A DNA stretch of 64,000 nucleotides from Mobula hypostoma (GCF_963921235.1 NC_086108.1:89034001-89098000), one strand, 5' to 3'; positions 38,435 through 52,377 are shown, counted from the stretch's first letter. Notes: generated from the letters alone by a model not told the origin. Numbers and translations: made by a program.

Positions 38435-39030
38435 TGGTACCCAAGACCAACGAACTGATCGTGCATTTCAGGAGGGGAAATTGAAGAGATCAACAGGGGT
38501 AAGCAGTTTCAAATTCCTGGGTATCAATAACTCTGGAGATCTATCCTGGGTCTAACATACCGATGCAATTACGAAGAAGGCATGCCAGTTGTTATATCTC
38601 ATTAGGAGTTTGAGGAGATTTTGTACGTCTAGCAAATTTATACAGTTGTACCAGAGATAGTGTTCTAGCTGGTTGCATCACATTCTGGTATGGAGGGACA
38701 ACTGCACAGGATCTGAAATCTGAAAAAGCTGCAGAGGTTTGCAAACTCAGCCTGCTTCATTATGGGCACTTGCCTCCTCAGCATCGACAGCATCTTCAGA
38801 AGGTGATGTCTCAATCACTAAGAACCTCCATCACCCAAGACGTGCGCTCTTTTTATTACTACCAGCAGAGAGAAGGTACAGGAACCTAAAGATATACACA
38901 GCATTTTACGAACCGCTTCTTACCCCCCCCCCCACTATCGGATTTCTGAACGGATAATGAACCAAACTATGAACACTACCTCACTATTTTCACTCTCTTT
39001 TTGCACCACTCATTTATTTATTTACATTTT
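38435..39030 (+). mobile_element. Rex1 RT C-terminal fragment
   Basis: agcagtttcaaattcctggg (SSFKFLG); homologous to 250-1100. Confidence 0.7.
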
Positions 39031-39203
39031 ATATATATATAAATATAAAACTGTACATATGATAAGAATGTTTTCTCGAAACCAATAGAAAACCTAATAA
39101 AAATTGGCATGGATGTATCTGCCAATTTAGAAAATGCTATTATTTCACACAAGACAATGGTTGTTTCATTTGATGAGATGATAGGTTACGGAATCACTTG
39201 AAA

Positions 39204-40060
39204 CTATAGAAACCACAGAAAAAACTACAGCACAGAAACAGGCCTTTTGGCCCTTCTTGGCCGTGCCGAACCATTTTCTGCCTAGTCCCACTGACCTGCA
39301 CACAGACCATATCCCTCCATACACCTCCTATCGATGTATTTGTCCAATTTATTCTTAAATGATCAAAAAGAACCTGCATTTACCACCTCGTCTGACAGCT
39401 CATTCCATACTCCCACCACTCTCTGAGTGAAGAAGCCCCCCCAATGTTCCCTTTAAACTTTTCCCCCCTCACCCTTAACCCATGTCCTCTGGTTTTTTTT
39501 CTCCCCTTGCCTCAGTGGAAAAAGCCTGCTTGCATTCAGTCTATCTATACTCATCATAATTTTAAATACCTCTATCAAATCTCCCCTCATTCTTCTATGC
39601 TCCAGGGAATAAAGTCCTAACCTATTCAACCTTTCTCTGTAACTGAGTTTCTCAAGTCCCGGCATCCTTGTAAACCTTCTCTGCACTCTTTCAACCTTAT
39701 TTAAATCCTTCCTGTAATTTGGTGACCAAAACTGAACACAATACTCCAGATTCGGCCTCACCAATGCCTTATACAAACTCATCATAACATTCCAGCTCTT
39801 ATACTCAATACTTTGATTAATAAAGGCCAATGTACCAAAAGCTCTCTTTACGACCCTATCTACCTGTGACGCCACTTTTAGGGAACTTTGTATCTGTATT
39901 CCCAGATCCCTCTGTTCTACTGCACTCCTCAGTGCCTTACCATTAACCCTGTATGTTCTACCTTGGTTTGTCCTTCCAACGTGCAATACCTCAAACTTGT
40001 CTGTATTAAACTCCATCTGCCATTTTTCAGCCCATTTTTCCAGCTGGTCCAAGTCCCTCT
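39204..40060 (-). mobile_element. young CR1 3' fragment
   Basis: ORF 39453-40109(-) WAEKWQMEFN...LVRPNLEYCVQFWSP, followed by a tail. Confidence 0.9.
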
Positions 40061-41579
40061 GAATATGGCACTTTCTGAGAAGTGATAAATTTGTTACCAG
40101 AAAGTTCATTCAAATCTGGCGGTAGTTGTATTAGTTGTATACAATAGTTGTATTGAGGAATCTGTCTTGGCAGTACAATTTTGGAGTTTTCTCATTTGAG
40201 CACTCTGGGACAGGTTTATGTGGTGTTTGTCAAATGAGCAAATCTAAACTAAATTATTAAATAGACAAGATTTAGCATTTGAACATGCATGAAAAATCAT
40301 CAGATCAATGGAAATGCTAAGAAGTTCTAAAAAGTTTGATCTGGTGCAATACGTCAGGCTTAATGCTGTAAATAGTCGGATGGAGGTAGCAAGGGTAGGA
40401 ACTCAGACACAAAGCCCAAAGCTTATTTGCAATTTTGGCATGAAAGGAGAGAATGTCAGGTAATGTTACCACTTACTGTATGTAACAGAGATAATTCATC
40501 ATCCAGTTTGGGGCAGTGAAGTATTTCAGCTACAAAAGGAGAGGGTAGGTAGCTCCAGTGGGCAAGGCTAGAGAGAGAAATGCAAACCATAATACTGTCA
40601 GCCAAGTAGGTTCTCAACGTAAGAGTAACATTTATAACAGAGAACCTGAAAGGTGGGCTTGTAGAGTATTGAAGTTGATGAATAGTTGGGAAAGTTAAAC
40701 CTAAACAGATTAAATACCATCAATAGTGAAAATGCACTAAAATTAAAGTGTAAGTTAATCATTTGAATACAAATAAAGTTGCTGATTGCTGTTTATTACA
40801 GGGGTATACACATTTCTTAAAAATCAGCAAATTGTTATTAATAAAAAGCACACCGAGATTCAACACATGCTCTATTCTGGCACAATATTGGCGCAACAAG
40901 GTTTCTTGTTAGAAACAAAAATTGAAGCTACCAAACAAAAACAGAGTACTCCATTGTGAAAGATTTTATCAACAAATAAAAAAGCAAATGGAAGAATGTA
41001 CTGCATTTAGTGTGAGCATTTTGCAACCACATCCAGATAAACTTCTGGAGAAATATACAGATTATAGTCACAAATTTGTATGCTGGCATGAAGGCACACA
41101 GCACTCATTTGTCTGTTGAGCCAAGCCAGGTTATTGCAGGTCCAAGCTAATACCTTATGTACTGAAGGAGTTGAACAAACTCAAATAACCCAGTGCATTG
41201 AACAAAACTGCACAGACAGACTGGGTGGCAGGCATTGCTGTTGATCTCAAAATGAATAGCACACGTGAACAGCTAACTTGAACGAATTACAAGGAAATGC
41301 CCGGCAAAGGCATAGAAAATGAATAATACCCATTAGCAATTTCGTAGGATATTTGTGCTGAATTTAGAGAGCCCTAGGTCTTTAAACATTGAACATCAGC
41401 AATAGAATGTGGATAAAGATAGCTAACCCTATCTAGTAATCAGCACCGAGAGATTCATGAAGGTATATACAGAAAATATATGTACATAGATGTATACAGC
41501 ATACAGTATATGAAGATGTAAACAGAAAACTTCATTAAATTATTGAAGACTAATTGTACGTTTGGATGAGCAGTTAAAA

Positions 41580-41800
41580 ACAAGAGATTCTGCAGATACT
41601 GGATATCTTGAGCAATATGTTCAAAATGTTGGAGAATCCTAGTAAGTCAGGTAACATCTGAGAAGGGGAATAAACGGTCAACATTTTGGACCGAGGCCCT
41701 TAATCAATTTCTGATAAATGGTATTGGACCTAAACGTGAATTGTTTATTCCCTTCCATAAATGCTGCCTAACTTATTGAGTTCCTCAAACATGTTTTGCC
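41580..41800. repeat. head-to-head degenerate hammerhead repeats
   Basis: Minus-strand ttgattaagggcctcggtccaaaatgttgaccg abuts plus-strand ctgataaatggtattggacctaaacgtgaattg at about 41705. Confidence 0.7.
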
Positions 41801-42669
41801 TTTGGATAAAAAGATCTGAACTCTGACATGAATGGTCACAAGTCTGTCTGCAAAAGCAGGAGGGTTGGGCATGGGGCGAGCAATTCCATTCCAGAAAAAC
41901 CCGGTGCTACAGAAAGGACAACAAAAGCTCTGGAAGCCTCATTTCTGGAAGAGGAAGGATCTTTGAGAATGGGCTACACCTGAACCAAATAAATTAGTAA
42001 TCAAATAGCCAACTAAACTAATCCCTTATGCCTAAACAATCTTGATACTCTTTCATTTTCCTCACATTTATGTGCCTATCTAATTTAGAAGTCTCTAATA
42101 TTTTTGCCTCTACCACCACCCCAAGCAGCGAATTCCAGGCACCCACCACTCTTTGTATAAAAAAACATCTGGATGTGAATGTGGCACCAGTGAACAATGC
42201 AACCAAGGGCGACATTCTTCAGACAATTCACGAAACTACTTATTTCACTTCTTTTAATTCTTCTTCTTCTTTGAACTATGATTCTGCTACGGTTGGAACC
42301 TGTGACTTACATTTTGATGGTGTGTTTTCGGGCTGATTGAGTGACCTGGCACTTTGCTTTCTCAGAGGAGTTTGCTGAGGTTTTGAGCAGAAGCCAGGAA
42401 TCCTGGAGATGGTGCGCGAGACCATGATCGACTCCATTTCGTGCTGAACTCGCTATTGCAAGTGTTGAGCAAGATTGAAATCAATGAGGCCGAGAGCGGA
42501 AGGAGAGTGGATATTCAGGTCTCTCTCTCCCTTTCACTTGCCGCTGCCAGAGGAAGATGTTTGCGCTTGTTCATTACTGCTGGAGGATGGTGCCGGAACC
42601 TTACAGGCTTGGACAAGGTTTAATCAACACAGTTTGTGGATTCACCTCTGCAGTTCATGTTATATACAG

Positions 42670-45000
42670 AGGTAAATACAGGACTAAAGGTGTATATTTG
42701 ATTGCACGCAGTATATGGAATAAGGTCGATGAAGTTGTAGCACAGTTACAGATTGGCATGTATGATGTTGTAGACATCACTGAATCATAGCTGGAAGAAG
42801 ATTATACTTGGGAGTTTAATGTCCAAGGAATGAAATTGTACTGAAAGGACAGGCAGGAATGACGGGGGAAAAGTTTAAAGGGAACATTAGGGGGGGCTTC
42901 TTCACACAGAGAGTGGTGGGAGTGTAGAATGAGCTGCCAGACGAGGTGGTAAATGCAGGTTCTTTTTTATCATTTAAGAATAAATTGGACAGATACATGG
43001 ATGGGAGGTGTATGGAGGGATATGGTCCGTGTGCATGTCAGTGGGACTAGGCAGAAAATGGTTCGGCAGAGCCAAGAAGGGCCCAAAGACCTGTTTCTAT
43101 GCTGTAGTTTTTCTGTGGTTTCTATAGTTTCTATGAATGCAGAAGGGGTTACAACAGGAGGTAGAAAATGCATGCCAAAAGGGCAATGTTGCAATAGTCA
43201 TGGGGAATTTCAATATGCAGGTAGATTGGGAAAGTTAGGTTGGTGCTGGATTCCAGGAGGGGGAATTTCTAGATTGTCTTTGAGATGGCTTTTTAGAGCA
43301 GCTTGTGGTTGAGCCCACTAGTGGATCAGCTATTCTGCACTGGTTGTTGTGCAATTAACCAGAATTGATTAGAGAGCTTAAGGTCGAAGAGCCCTTAGAG
43401 CTAGTGATCACAATATGATCGAATTCACCCTGAAATTTGAGAAAAGTAGCTAAAGTCTGATGTATTGGTATTGCTGTGCAGTAAAGAAAATCACAGGGGC
43501 CTGAGAGAGGGGTTGGCCAGAATTGATTGGAAAAGAACACTGGCAGTGATGATGGCAGAGTGGCTGGAATTTCTGGAAGCAATTCGGAAGGCACAGGATA
43601 TAGAAACATAGAAACATAGAAAATAGGTGCAGGAGTAGGCCATTCGGCCCTTCGAGCCTGCACCGCCATTTATTATGATCATGGCTGATCATCCAACACA
43701 GAACCCCGCCCCAGCCTTCCCTCCATACCCCCCTGACCCCCATAGCCACAAGGGCCATATCTAACTCCCTCTTAAATATAGCCAATGAACTGGCCTCAAC
43801 TGTTTCCTGTGGCAGAGAATTCCACAGATTCACCACTCTCTGTGTGAAGAAGTTTTTCCTAATCTCGGTCCTAAAAGGCTTCCCCTCTATCCTCAAACTG
43901 TGGCCCCTCGTTCTGGACTTCCCCAACATCGGGAACAATCTTCCTGCATCTAGCCTGTCCAAGCCCTTTAGGATCTTATACGTTTCAATCAGATCCCCCC
44001 TCAATCTTCTAAATTCCAACGAGTACAAGCCCAGTCCATCCAGTCTTTCTTCATATGAAAGTCCTGCCATCCCAGGAATCAATCTGGTGAACCTTCTTTG
44101 TACTCCCTCTATGGCAAGGATGTATATATACTAAAGGGGAAGAAGTATTTTAAGGGTAAGATGACACAACCATGACTAACAAGGGAAGTCAAAGCAACAT
44201 AATAGCCAAAGAGAGGACATATAACAGAGCAAAAAAATGATGGGAAGTTAGGGGATTGGGAAGCTTTTAAAAACCAACAGAAGGCAAGCAAAAAAAAAAT
44301 TGAGAAGGTAAAGGTGGAATACAAAAGTAAGATAGCCAATAAGATTAAAGAGGATACCAAAAGTTTCTTCAGATACATACAATGTAAAAGAGAAGTGAAA
44401 ATGGATATCAGACCACTGGAAAATGATGCTGGAGAGGTAGTAATGGGGGAAAAGGAAATGGATGTTGAACTGAATAAGTATTTTGCATGACTGGACACTG
44501 TGGAAGACACTAGAGGTTTGGTGGAAGTTCCAGGTGTCAGGGATCATGAAGTGTGTGAAGTTACCATCACTAGAGAGAAGGTTCTTGGGAAACGGAAAGG
44601 TCTGAAGGTAGATAAGTTACCTGGACCAGATATTGTACACTCCAGGAACTGAAACAGGTGCCTGAAGGGATGGTGGAGGCCAGCAATAATCTTTCACAAA
44701 TCACTAGATTCTGGAAAGGTTCCAGAAGACTGGAAAATTGCAAAAGTCACTCCATTCTTCAAGAAAGGAGAGAGCCAGAAGAAAGGAAATTATAGGCCAG
44801 TTCGTCTAACCTCAGTGGATGGGAAGATATTGGAGTCCATTGTTAAGGATGTGGTTTTAGGATACTTGGAAGCACATGATAAAATAGGCTGTAGTCAGCA
44901 TGGTTTCCTCAAGGGAAAATCTTGCCTGACAGATCTTCTGTAATTCTTTGAAGAAATAATAAGCAGGATAGACAAAAGAGAATCAGTTGATGTTGTGCTG
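42670..45000 (+). mobile_element. CR1 EN/RT remnant with two nested CR1 3' fragments (42862-43135 plus; 43600-44120 minus)
   Basis: ARSIWNKVDE..YDVVDITES. ORF 43450-44082(-) LGLYSLEFRRLRGDLIETYKIL...FTQRVVNLWNSLP. Confidence 0.85.
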
Positions 45001-45019
45001 GACTAGACACACCCAGACA

Positions 45020-45108
45020 TCATCCCTGAAGACATTGGCAGAGTCTGTCATTGAAATGTTGGTTATAATTGATATCTGTACCTGATTGGGAGCCAAGAAG
45101 AGTTTATT
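45020..45108 (+). ncRNA. second-family hammerhead-like motif (CpG-decayed)
   Basis: cc-CTGAAGA-cat-tggcag-agt-ctgtca-tt-GAAA-tgtt-gg, with a 6-bp helix II. tgtt is interpretable as deaminated cgtc. Confidence 0.5.
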
Positions 45109-45374
45109 CTAGAAGGCATACATTTAAAGTGAAAGGGAGCAAGTTCAAAGGAGATGACTGGGGCAAGCTCTTTTCATAGTGTGTGGTGTGTGCTTGGAAC
45201 ACACTGCTAGGCATCGTGAAATAGTCAAATACAGCAGAGACATTAAAGAGACTCTTAGGTAGGCATGTAAATGTGAGAAAATGGAGAGTTATGCTGATGC
45301 TCCTGCTACGGCCTCCTCCACAATGGTGACCTGTCATAAATTGGGGGGGGGGGTGGGGGCGGAGGTTGGTGCTG

Positions 45375-45920
45375 CTTTGTCAAGCACCTCCACTGCATCT
45401 GCCAAAAGCAGAAATTCCTGGTGGCCAAACATTTTAATTCCAATTCCATTCTGACAAGTCGGTCCAGGGCCATCTCTTCTGCCAAGATGAGGCCACACTC
45501 AAGGTGGAGGAGCAACACTTTATATTCCATCCAGCTACCTCCAAACTGATGGCATGAACATCCATTTTTCCCTTCAGTAAACAAGATCCCCCTCCCCACT
45601 TCCTGTATTCCTCACTCCGACCTTTTATCTCTTTTCACCTGCCTATCACTTCCCTGTATGTTCCCTCCTCCTTTCTTTTCTCCTTTGATTCTCTCCTCTC
45701 CTATCAGATTCCTTCTTCTCTAGCCCTTTACCATGCCCACCCACTTGGCTTCACCCATCACCTACCAGCTAGTCTCCTTCCCCTTCCCCAACCTTTTTAT
45801 TATGGCATCTTCCCCCTTCCTTCTCAGTCTTGAAGAATGGTCTCGGCCCAAATGTCAACTGTTTATTCATTTCCATAGATACTGCCTGACCTGCTGAGAT
45901 CCTCCAGCATTTTGCGTGAG
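45375..45920 (+). mobile_element. Penelope-like 3' fragment with degenerate hammerhead (45825-45861)
   Basis: gtggccaaacattttaattcc...gaggagcaacac, then cagtc-TTGAAGA-atggtctcggccc-AAA-tgtc-aactg. Confidence 0.8.
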
Positions 45921-47227
45921 CTGCATATGGACATTGTTTAGGCAGAAGGGATTAGTTTAGTTAAGTGATAACTTGATAGTTTAATTGGTTCAACATAACA
46001 TCATGGCCAAAGAGCCTGATTCTGTGCTGCACTATTGTATATTCTATGTTCTTTGACTTTTGTTTCTTTCTAAGGGAAGCAGATACAAATAAGTCTCATG
46101 GATTCTTGGTTTCATGTCTCTGCTAGGTGACACCTCTGACCTTCAGTAAGGCACTGAGCTTTCAGTACAGAGCATGGGCTGTGACCTGTGGAGTGAGATT
46201 TTAAAACACAACCTTTTGAAATGATGCCAATAATGATGCCTGTGCCCCTTGGTTGAGGTCTCACTTATTCACCTGAAGAAAGATATCGAGGCCAAATAAA
46301 GCTGTGGTGATATGTGTAAATTTTCCTGCATCATTTGGACGATAAACCATATCCCACTCAAAGAGGAACACCACATAGTGATTTTTCTATTTCACAGACA
46401 ATCAATCTTTAAGGTCGTTCTGAGAATGTCTGCCCAGGAATCTAATCAATCCTGCATGCAATCTCCACATTGTAGTGAGGATATCAATCCTTTGAGCATC
46501 AGACCAAGGTTGACAAACGTATTTCAGTGAAGACTATTGATATCCTCCAGAGGCTATCCATCCACCAGGAACTGACCCAACTGAGTCTGCGGGTTGAGAG
46601 GAACTGTGTCTGAGATATCAGTTTTTTAGTCTGTAGATACCACTTGTGTGCATTTTGGTACTGGTATTGGTTTATTACTGTCACGTGACAAGATACAGTG
46701 AAAATCTCATCTTGCATACTGCTCATTTAAGATTCAAGACTCAAGATTGCTTATTGTCATTCTTCAGTACCCGAGTGTAAAGGAAAACGAAAGGATTGTT
46801 ACTCCAGATCTGATGTGGCATAAAAGAACACAGTAAGCATAAAAAATACAAGAAGTATAAAAGTAAAAGGAATCCTATACAACACAATGTACAAGTAATT
46901 GTTTGAGTGTGTCTATATGTATATAAGTTTAGCTTATATACATACACTGATTGTATGTACATCAGTGATGCTGGGTGCGGGAGTATCTGAACATAACGCT
47001 GATTCAGATAGGAAGTGTTGAAGTGACAAATTGACTCTTGGCAAGAGCAATATTTAGAGCCATACAGTTATAGTACAGAAAGAGGCACATTGGCCCATCT
47101 AGTCCAGGCTGAACTATTAATATGCTTAGTCCCATCAACGTGCACCCAGACATTAACCCTCCATACCTTTCCCATCCATGCACCTATCCAAATTTATTTT
47201 ATATTTTAAAATTGAACCTGCCTCCAC

Positions 47228-50200
47228 CATAAGACCATAAGACCATGAGATATACGAGCAGAATTAGGTCATTTGGCCGATCAGGTGTACTCCGCCATTT
47301 CATCATGTCAAATCCATTTTCCCTCTCAGCCCCAGTCTCCTGCCTTCTTCCTCTAATCAAGAATTTTTCAACCTCTGCCTTAAATATACCCAATGATTTG
47401 ACCTCCATAACTGCCCGTGGTATCAAATTTCACAGATTCACCACTCTCTGGTTAAAGAAATTCCTCCTCATCTCTGTTCTAAAAGGACGCTCCTCTGTTC
47501 TGAGGCTATATCCTTTGGTCTTTGACTCCTCCACCATAGGAATCATCCTCTCCACATCCACTCTAACAAGGCCATTCACCATTCAATATGTTCCAATGAG
47601 GTCACCCCTCGTTCTTCTGAATTCTAGTGAGTAGAGACCCAGAGCCATCAAAAGCTCCTCATATGATAAGCATCAATCCCAGGATCATAATTTTGAGCTT
47701 CCTTTGTACTCTATCCAATGTCAACACATCCTTTATTAGATAAGGGGCCCAAAACTGCTCACAATACTCCAAGTGAGGCCCTACCAGTGCTTTATAAAGC
47801 CTCAAAATTATATCTTTACTTTATTCCATCTACCACTTCTTTGCCCATTCTTCTAATCTGTCCAAGTTCTTCTATAGCTTGTCTTCCTCAAAACTACCTG
47901 CCCCTCCACCTATCTTTGCATTGTCCATGAACTTGGTCACAAAGCCATCAGTTACATCATTCAAATCATTGACATATAATGTAAAAAGAAGCGGTCCTGA
48001 CACAGATCCTTGTGGGAAACCCCTGGTCACCAGCAGCCAACCAGGAAAGGCTCCCTTTATTCACACTCATTGCCTCCTTCCAAATAGCCAGTGCTCTGTC
48101 TATGCTAGAATCTTTCCTGTAATACCATAGGCTCTTAACTTGTTACGCAGCTTCACAAGTGGCACCTCGTCAAATGCCTTCTGAAAATCCAAGTACATAA
48201 CATCCACTAATATTTCTTTTTCTATCTTTCTTGTTATTTCTTCAAAGAATTGTAACAGATTTGTCAAGCAGGATTTTCCCTTAAGGAAACCATGCTGACT
48301 ATGGCTCATGTGTCTCCAGATACCCTGAAACCACATCCTTAACAGACAACTCCAATATCTTCCCAACCATTGAAGTCAGAATAATTAGCCCATAATTTCC
48401 TTTCCTCTGCCTCTCTCCCTGCTTGAAATGTGGAGTGACATTTGCAATTTTCCATTCTTCTGGAACCATGCCTGAATCAGTTGATTCTTGAAAAATATTT
48501 ACTAATACCTCCACAGTCTTTTCAGCCATCTCTTTCAGAACCCTGAGGAGTATGCCACCTGGTCCAGGTGACTTACGTACCTTCAGACTTTTCAGTTTCC
48601 CAAGAACTTTCTCCCTAATAGTGGCAACTTCACACACATCTGCCCCCTGACATTCTCAAACTTCTAGTATACTGCTAGTGCCTTCAACAGTGAAGACTGA
48701 TGTAAAATACTTATTCAATTTATCCACCCTTTCTTTGTCCCCATTACTACCTCTCCAGCGCTATCTCCAGTGGTCCTATAACTACTCGCACCTCCTTACA
48801 CTTTATGTATCTGAAGAAACTTTTGGTATCCTCTTTAACATTATTTGCTAGCTTACCTTTGTATTCCATCTTTTCCTTCCTTATGACTTTTTTAGTTGCC
48901 TCCTGTTGGTTTTTAAAGGCTTCCCAATCCTCTAACTTCCCACTAATTTTTGTTCTATTATATGCAGTCTCTTTGGCTTTTATGTTGGCTTTGACTTCTC
49001 CTGTTAGCCATGGTTGTGTCATCTTGCTTTTAGAATACTACTTCTTCTTTCTTCCTGTGCCTTCAGAATTGCTCCTAGAAATTCCAGACATCATTGCTGC
49101 TCTGCCATCATCCCTGCTAGTGTTCCTTTCCAATTAATTTGGCCAGCTCCTCTCTCATGCCTCTGTAATTCTCTTTACTCCACTATAATACTGATACATC
49201 TGACTTTAGCTTCTCCTCAAATTGCAGAGTGAATTCTATCATACTATAATCACTGGTCCCTAAGAATTCCTTTACCTTAAGCTTACTAGCCAATTCCGGT
49301 TCATTGCACAACACCCAACTAAGGATAGCTTATCCCCTGATGGTTTTAACTATGAACTGCTCTAAAAAGCCATCTCGTAGGCCGTCTAGAAATTCCCCCT
49401 CATGAATTCCAACAGCAACCAGATTTTCCCAATTTACCGGCATATTGAAATCAAAGTTCACAATTTCAATGTTCAAAGTACGTATAAATTATACAACCTT
49501 GAGATTTACCTGCTTACAGGCAGCCGCAAAGCAAGAAACCTGAAAGAACTCAATTTAAAAGAAGTCCAACATCCAACGCATAGAGAGAGAGAAGAAAAAC
49601 ACAAATCATGCAAGCAATAAAAGCAAGCAACAGCATTCAGGACCAAATTGAGTTCACAGACCTGGAGCCCGGAGCAACTGGAGTCAGCCCACAGCCTCAT
49701 TCTCAGTTTATCACACAGCAGGCTAAATCACCACGATGCTTGCAGACACGAGGTTGGAGCAATCTCACAGCCTCAGCACTGCAGATAAAGGAGTAATCAT
49801 CATGGCAGAGTGAGCAGAGTCAGCCCAATCCTCGCTTCTGGTCCTGACACCCTGCCTTGATGGTCTCTCCGGGCTGGTGTTTAAAACATCCCAACACTGA
49901 GTCATCACCCACTCTAGGACATGGGCCCTGCCACAGTGATATGCTTTGGGGCTGTAACACGTCACTCCACCCATGACTATACTTGACCTTTCCAAATCTT
50001 TCCAAATGTTGCTTAGATCAATCGAACCTCGCTCCCTGTTTAGGTGAACGGACTCCGAAACTCATGCGCACTGACTCCTCTCTGATTTGCTCGCTCCAAC
50101 TCCAACTTGACCATTCCTTGTCCTTGCTTCTCCTTGAAAATAATATGCTCCGACTTTGCATCACACCCACATGGCTCAACCCTCAAGTCAGCCTCACCTT

Positions 50201-50755
50201 CACTTGCCTCTTTATTGTTTGCAGTGATAATTTAATGTGTTATTAATAAGGTATTTAGTCATATTTATTGCCTTTTGAACTACCAGTAAGCTGTTGCCTG
50301 ACTTCACTAGCACCATCTTCATCCTCCATGAACGTTGTAATATTGCCCTTTTGACATGCATTTTCTATCTCCCATTTTAATTTATAGACCACATCTTTAC
50401 TACTGTTTGGGAGTCTGTCTGCAACTCCCATCAGAGTCTTTTTACCCTTAGCTTTGCCCACAACGATTCCACGCTTTTGAATCCTATGTCCCCTCTTTCT
50501 AATGATTCGATTTCATTTTTTACCAACTCCTCCCACCCCCACCTACCTGCCTGTCCTTTCGATACGTGTATACTTGAACATTGAGCTCCCAGGTATAATC
50601 TTCTTTCAGCCACGATTCGGTGATACCCATGATGTCATACATACAAATTTGTAAATGTGTTACAAGTTCATCTACTTTATTCCGTATACTGCATGCATTC
50701 AAATATAACACCTTCAGTTCTGTATTAACTCTTCTGATTTTGTCCACCTTTTACT
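47228..50755 (-). mobile_element. CR1 (EN, RT, 3' tail), interrupted at about 49450-50330
   Basis: LYLNACSIRNKVDEL, KSPGPGGI..VLKE, SQHGFLKGKSCLTNLL and YLDFQKAFD; tail (tatggtct)n. Confidence 0.88.
49450..50322 (-). mobile_element. non-coding element with Rex1-like 3' tail and AAGATGG 5' start
   Basis: The 3' end resembles the Rex1 tails at 250 and 2140 (tatacaaccttgagattta). No RT motifs seen in the body. The CR1 continues on both sides. Confidence 0.45.
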
Positions 50756-50759
50756 TTGC

Positions 50760-51538
50760 AGCTGTCTAAAGAGTGGACAGTCGCAAGGCTGTGGGACTGG
50801 ACGGCATCCCAGGGCGGGTACTCAGGATGTGCGTGGCACAACTGGCAGGTTTGTTTACAGACATTTCTAATCTCCCTCTCTCCCAGTGTACAGTGCCCTC
50901 CTGCTTCAAAACATCCATCATTGTTCCCCTACATAAAAAGACCAAGGTAACATGTCTGAATGACTGGCGTCCTGTCGCACTCACCTCAATAATAAGCAAA
51001 TGCTTTGAGAGGCTGGTCAAGGACTACATCTGCAGCTTGCTACCACCCACGCTGTCCCCTACAATTCACCTACCAACACAACCGACCGATAGACAACGCA
51101 ATAGCCACTGCTCTACACACCGTCCTTACGCATCTGGAAAAGAAGGATGCTTATGTGAGAATGCTGTTCTTGGACTACAGTTCAGCATTCAACAGCGTAA
51201 TTCCCTCCAGACTCGAGAAGAAGCTCAGAGTCCACGACCTTCACCCTGCCTTGTGCAGCTGGATCCTAGATGTTCTGTCAGATCGCCGGCAGGTGGTAAG
51301 AGTGGGTTCCCTCACCTCTGTCCCACTGACGATCAACACAGCAGCCCCTCAGGGCTGTGTACTAAGCCTCCTCCTTTACTCTCTGTATACCCATGACAGT
51401 GTCGCCACCCACAGTTCCAATCTGCTAATTAAATTAGCTGACAATACTACACTGATTGGCCTAGTCTCAAATAATAATGAGGCAGCCCACAGTGGTGTCA
51501 AGAAAACAAACTCTCCCTCAACATCACAAAAACAAAGG
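50760..51538 (+). mobile_element. Rex1/Babar RT fragment
   Basis: KAVGLDGIPGRVLR, CLNDWRPVALTS, RMLFLDYSSAFN, APQGCVLS and IKLADNTT. Confidence 0.9.
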
Positions 51539-51598
51539 ACCACACAACAAAGTTGCTGGTGAACGCAGCAGGCCAGGCGGCATCTCTAGGAAGAGGTA

Positions 51599-51635
51599 CA
51601 GTCGACGTTTCAGGCCGAGACCTTTTGTCAGGACT
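51599..51635 (-). ncRNA. hammerhead ribozyme motif (G8>A variant)
   Basis: agtc-CTGACAA-aaggtctcggcct-GAAA-c-GTC-gactg. Confidence 0.6.
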
Positions 51636-52377
51636 AACTGAAAGAAGGGATAGGAAGAGATTTGAAAGTGGGAGGGGGAGGGGGAGATCCAAAATGATAG
51701 GAGAAGACAGGAGGGGGACGGATAGAGCTAAGAGATGGAAAGTTGATTGGCAAAAGAGATACAAGGCTGGAGAAGGGAGAGGATCATGGGACGGAAGGCC
51801 TAGGGAGAAAGAAAAGGGGAGGGGAGCACCAGAGGAAGATGGAGAGCAGGCAAGGAGTAATTGTGAAAAGGACAGAGAGAGAAAAAAAAGATAAAAAAGG
51901 AAAAAATTAAAAAATAGACAAACAAACAAACAAACAAATAAATAAATAAGGGATGGGGTAAGAATGGGAAGAGGGGCATTAATGGAAGTTTGAGAAGTCA
52001 ATGTTCATGCCATCAGGTTGGAGTCTACCCAGATGGAATATAAGGTGTTGCTCCTCCAACCTGAGTGTGGCTTCATCTTTACAGGAGAGGAGGCCATGGA
52101 TAGACATATCAGAATGGGAATGGGATGTGGAATTAAAATGTGTGGCCACTGGGAGATCCTGCTTTCTCTGCTTTCTCCATCTTCCTCTGGACTCCCCTCC
52201 CCATTTCTTTCTCCCCAGGCCTCCCGTCCCATGATCCTCTCCCTCCTCCAGCCTTGTATCCCTTTTGCCAATCACCTGTCCAGCTCTTAGCTCCATCCCT
52301 CCCCCTCCTGTCTTCTCCTATCATTTTGGATCTCCCCCTCCCCCTCCTACTTTCAAATCTCTTACTATCTCTTCTTT

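Noticed and set aside
51553..51894. Arg/Gly/Glu-rich 113-aa ORF
   Set aside because: It is the reverse complement of the pyrimidine-rich pLTR tract, so the composition is an artefact.
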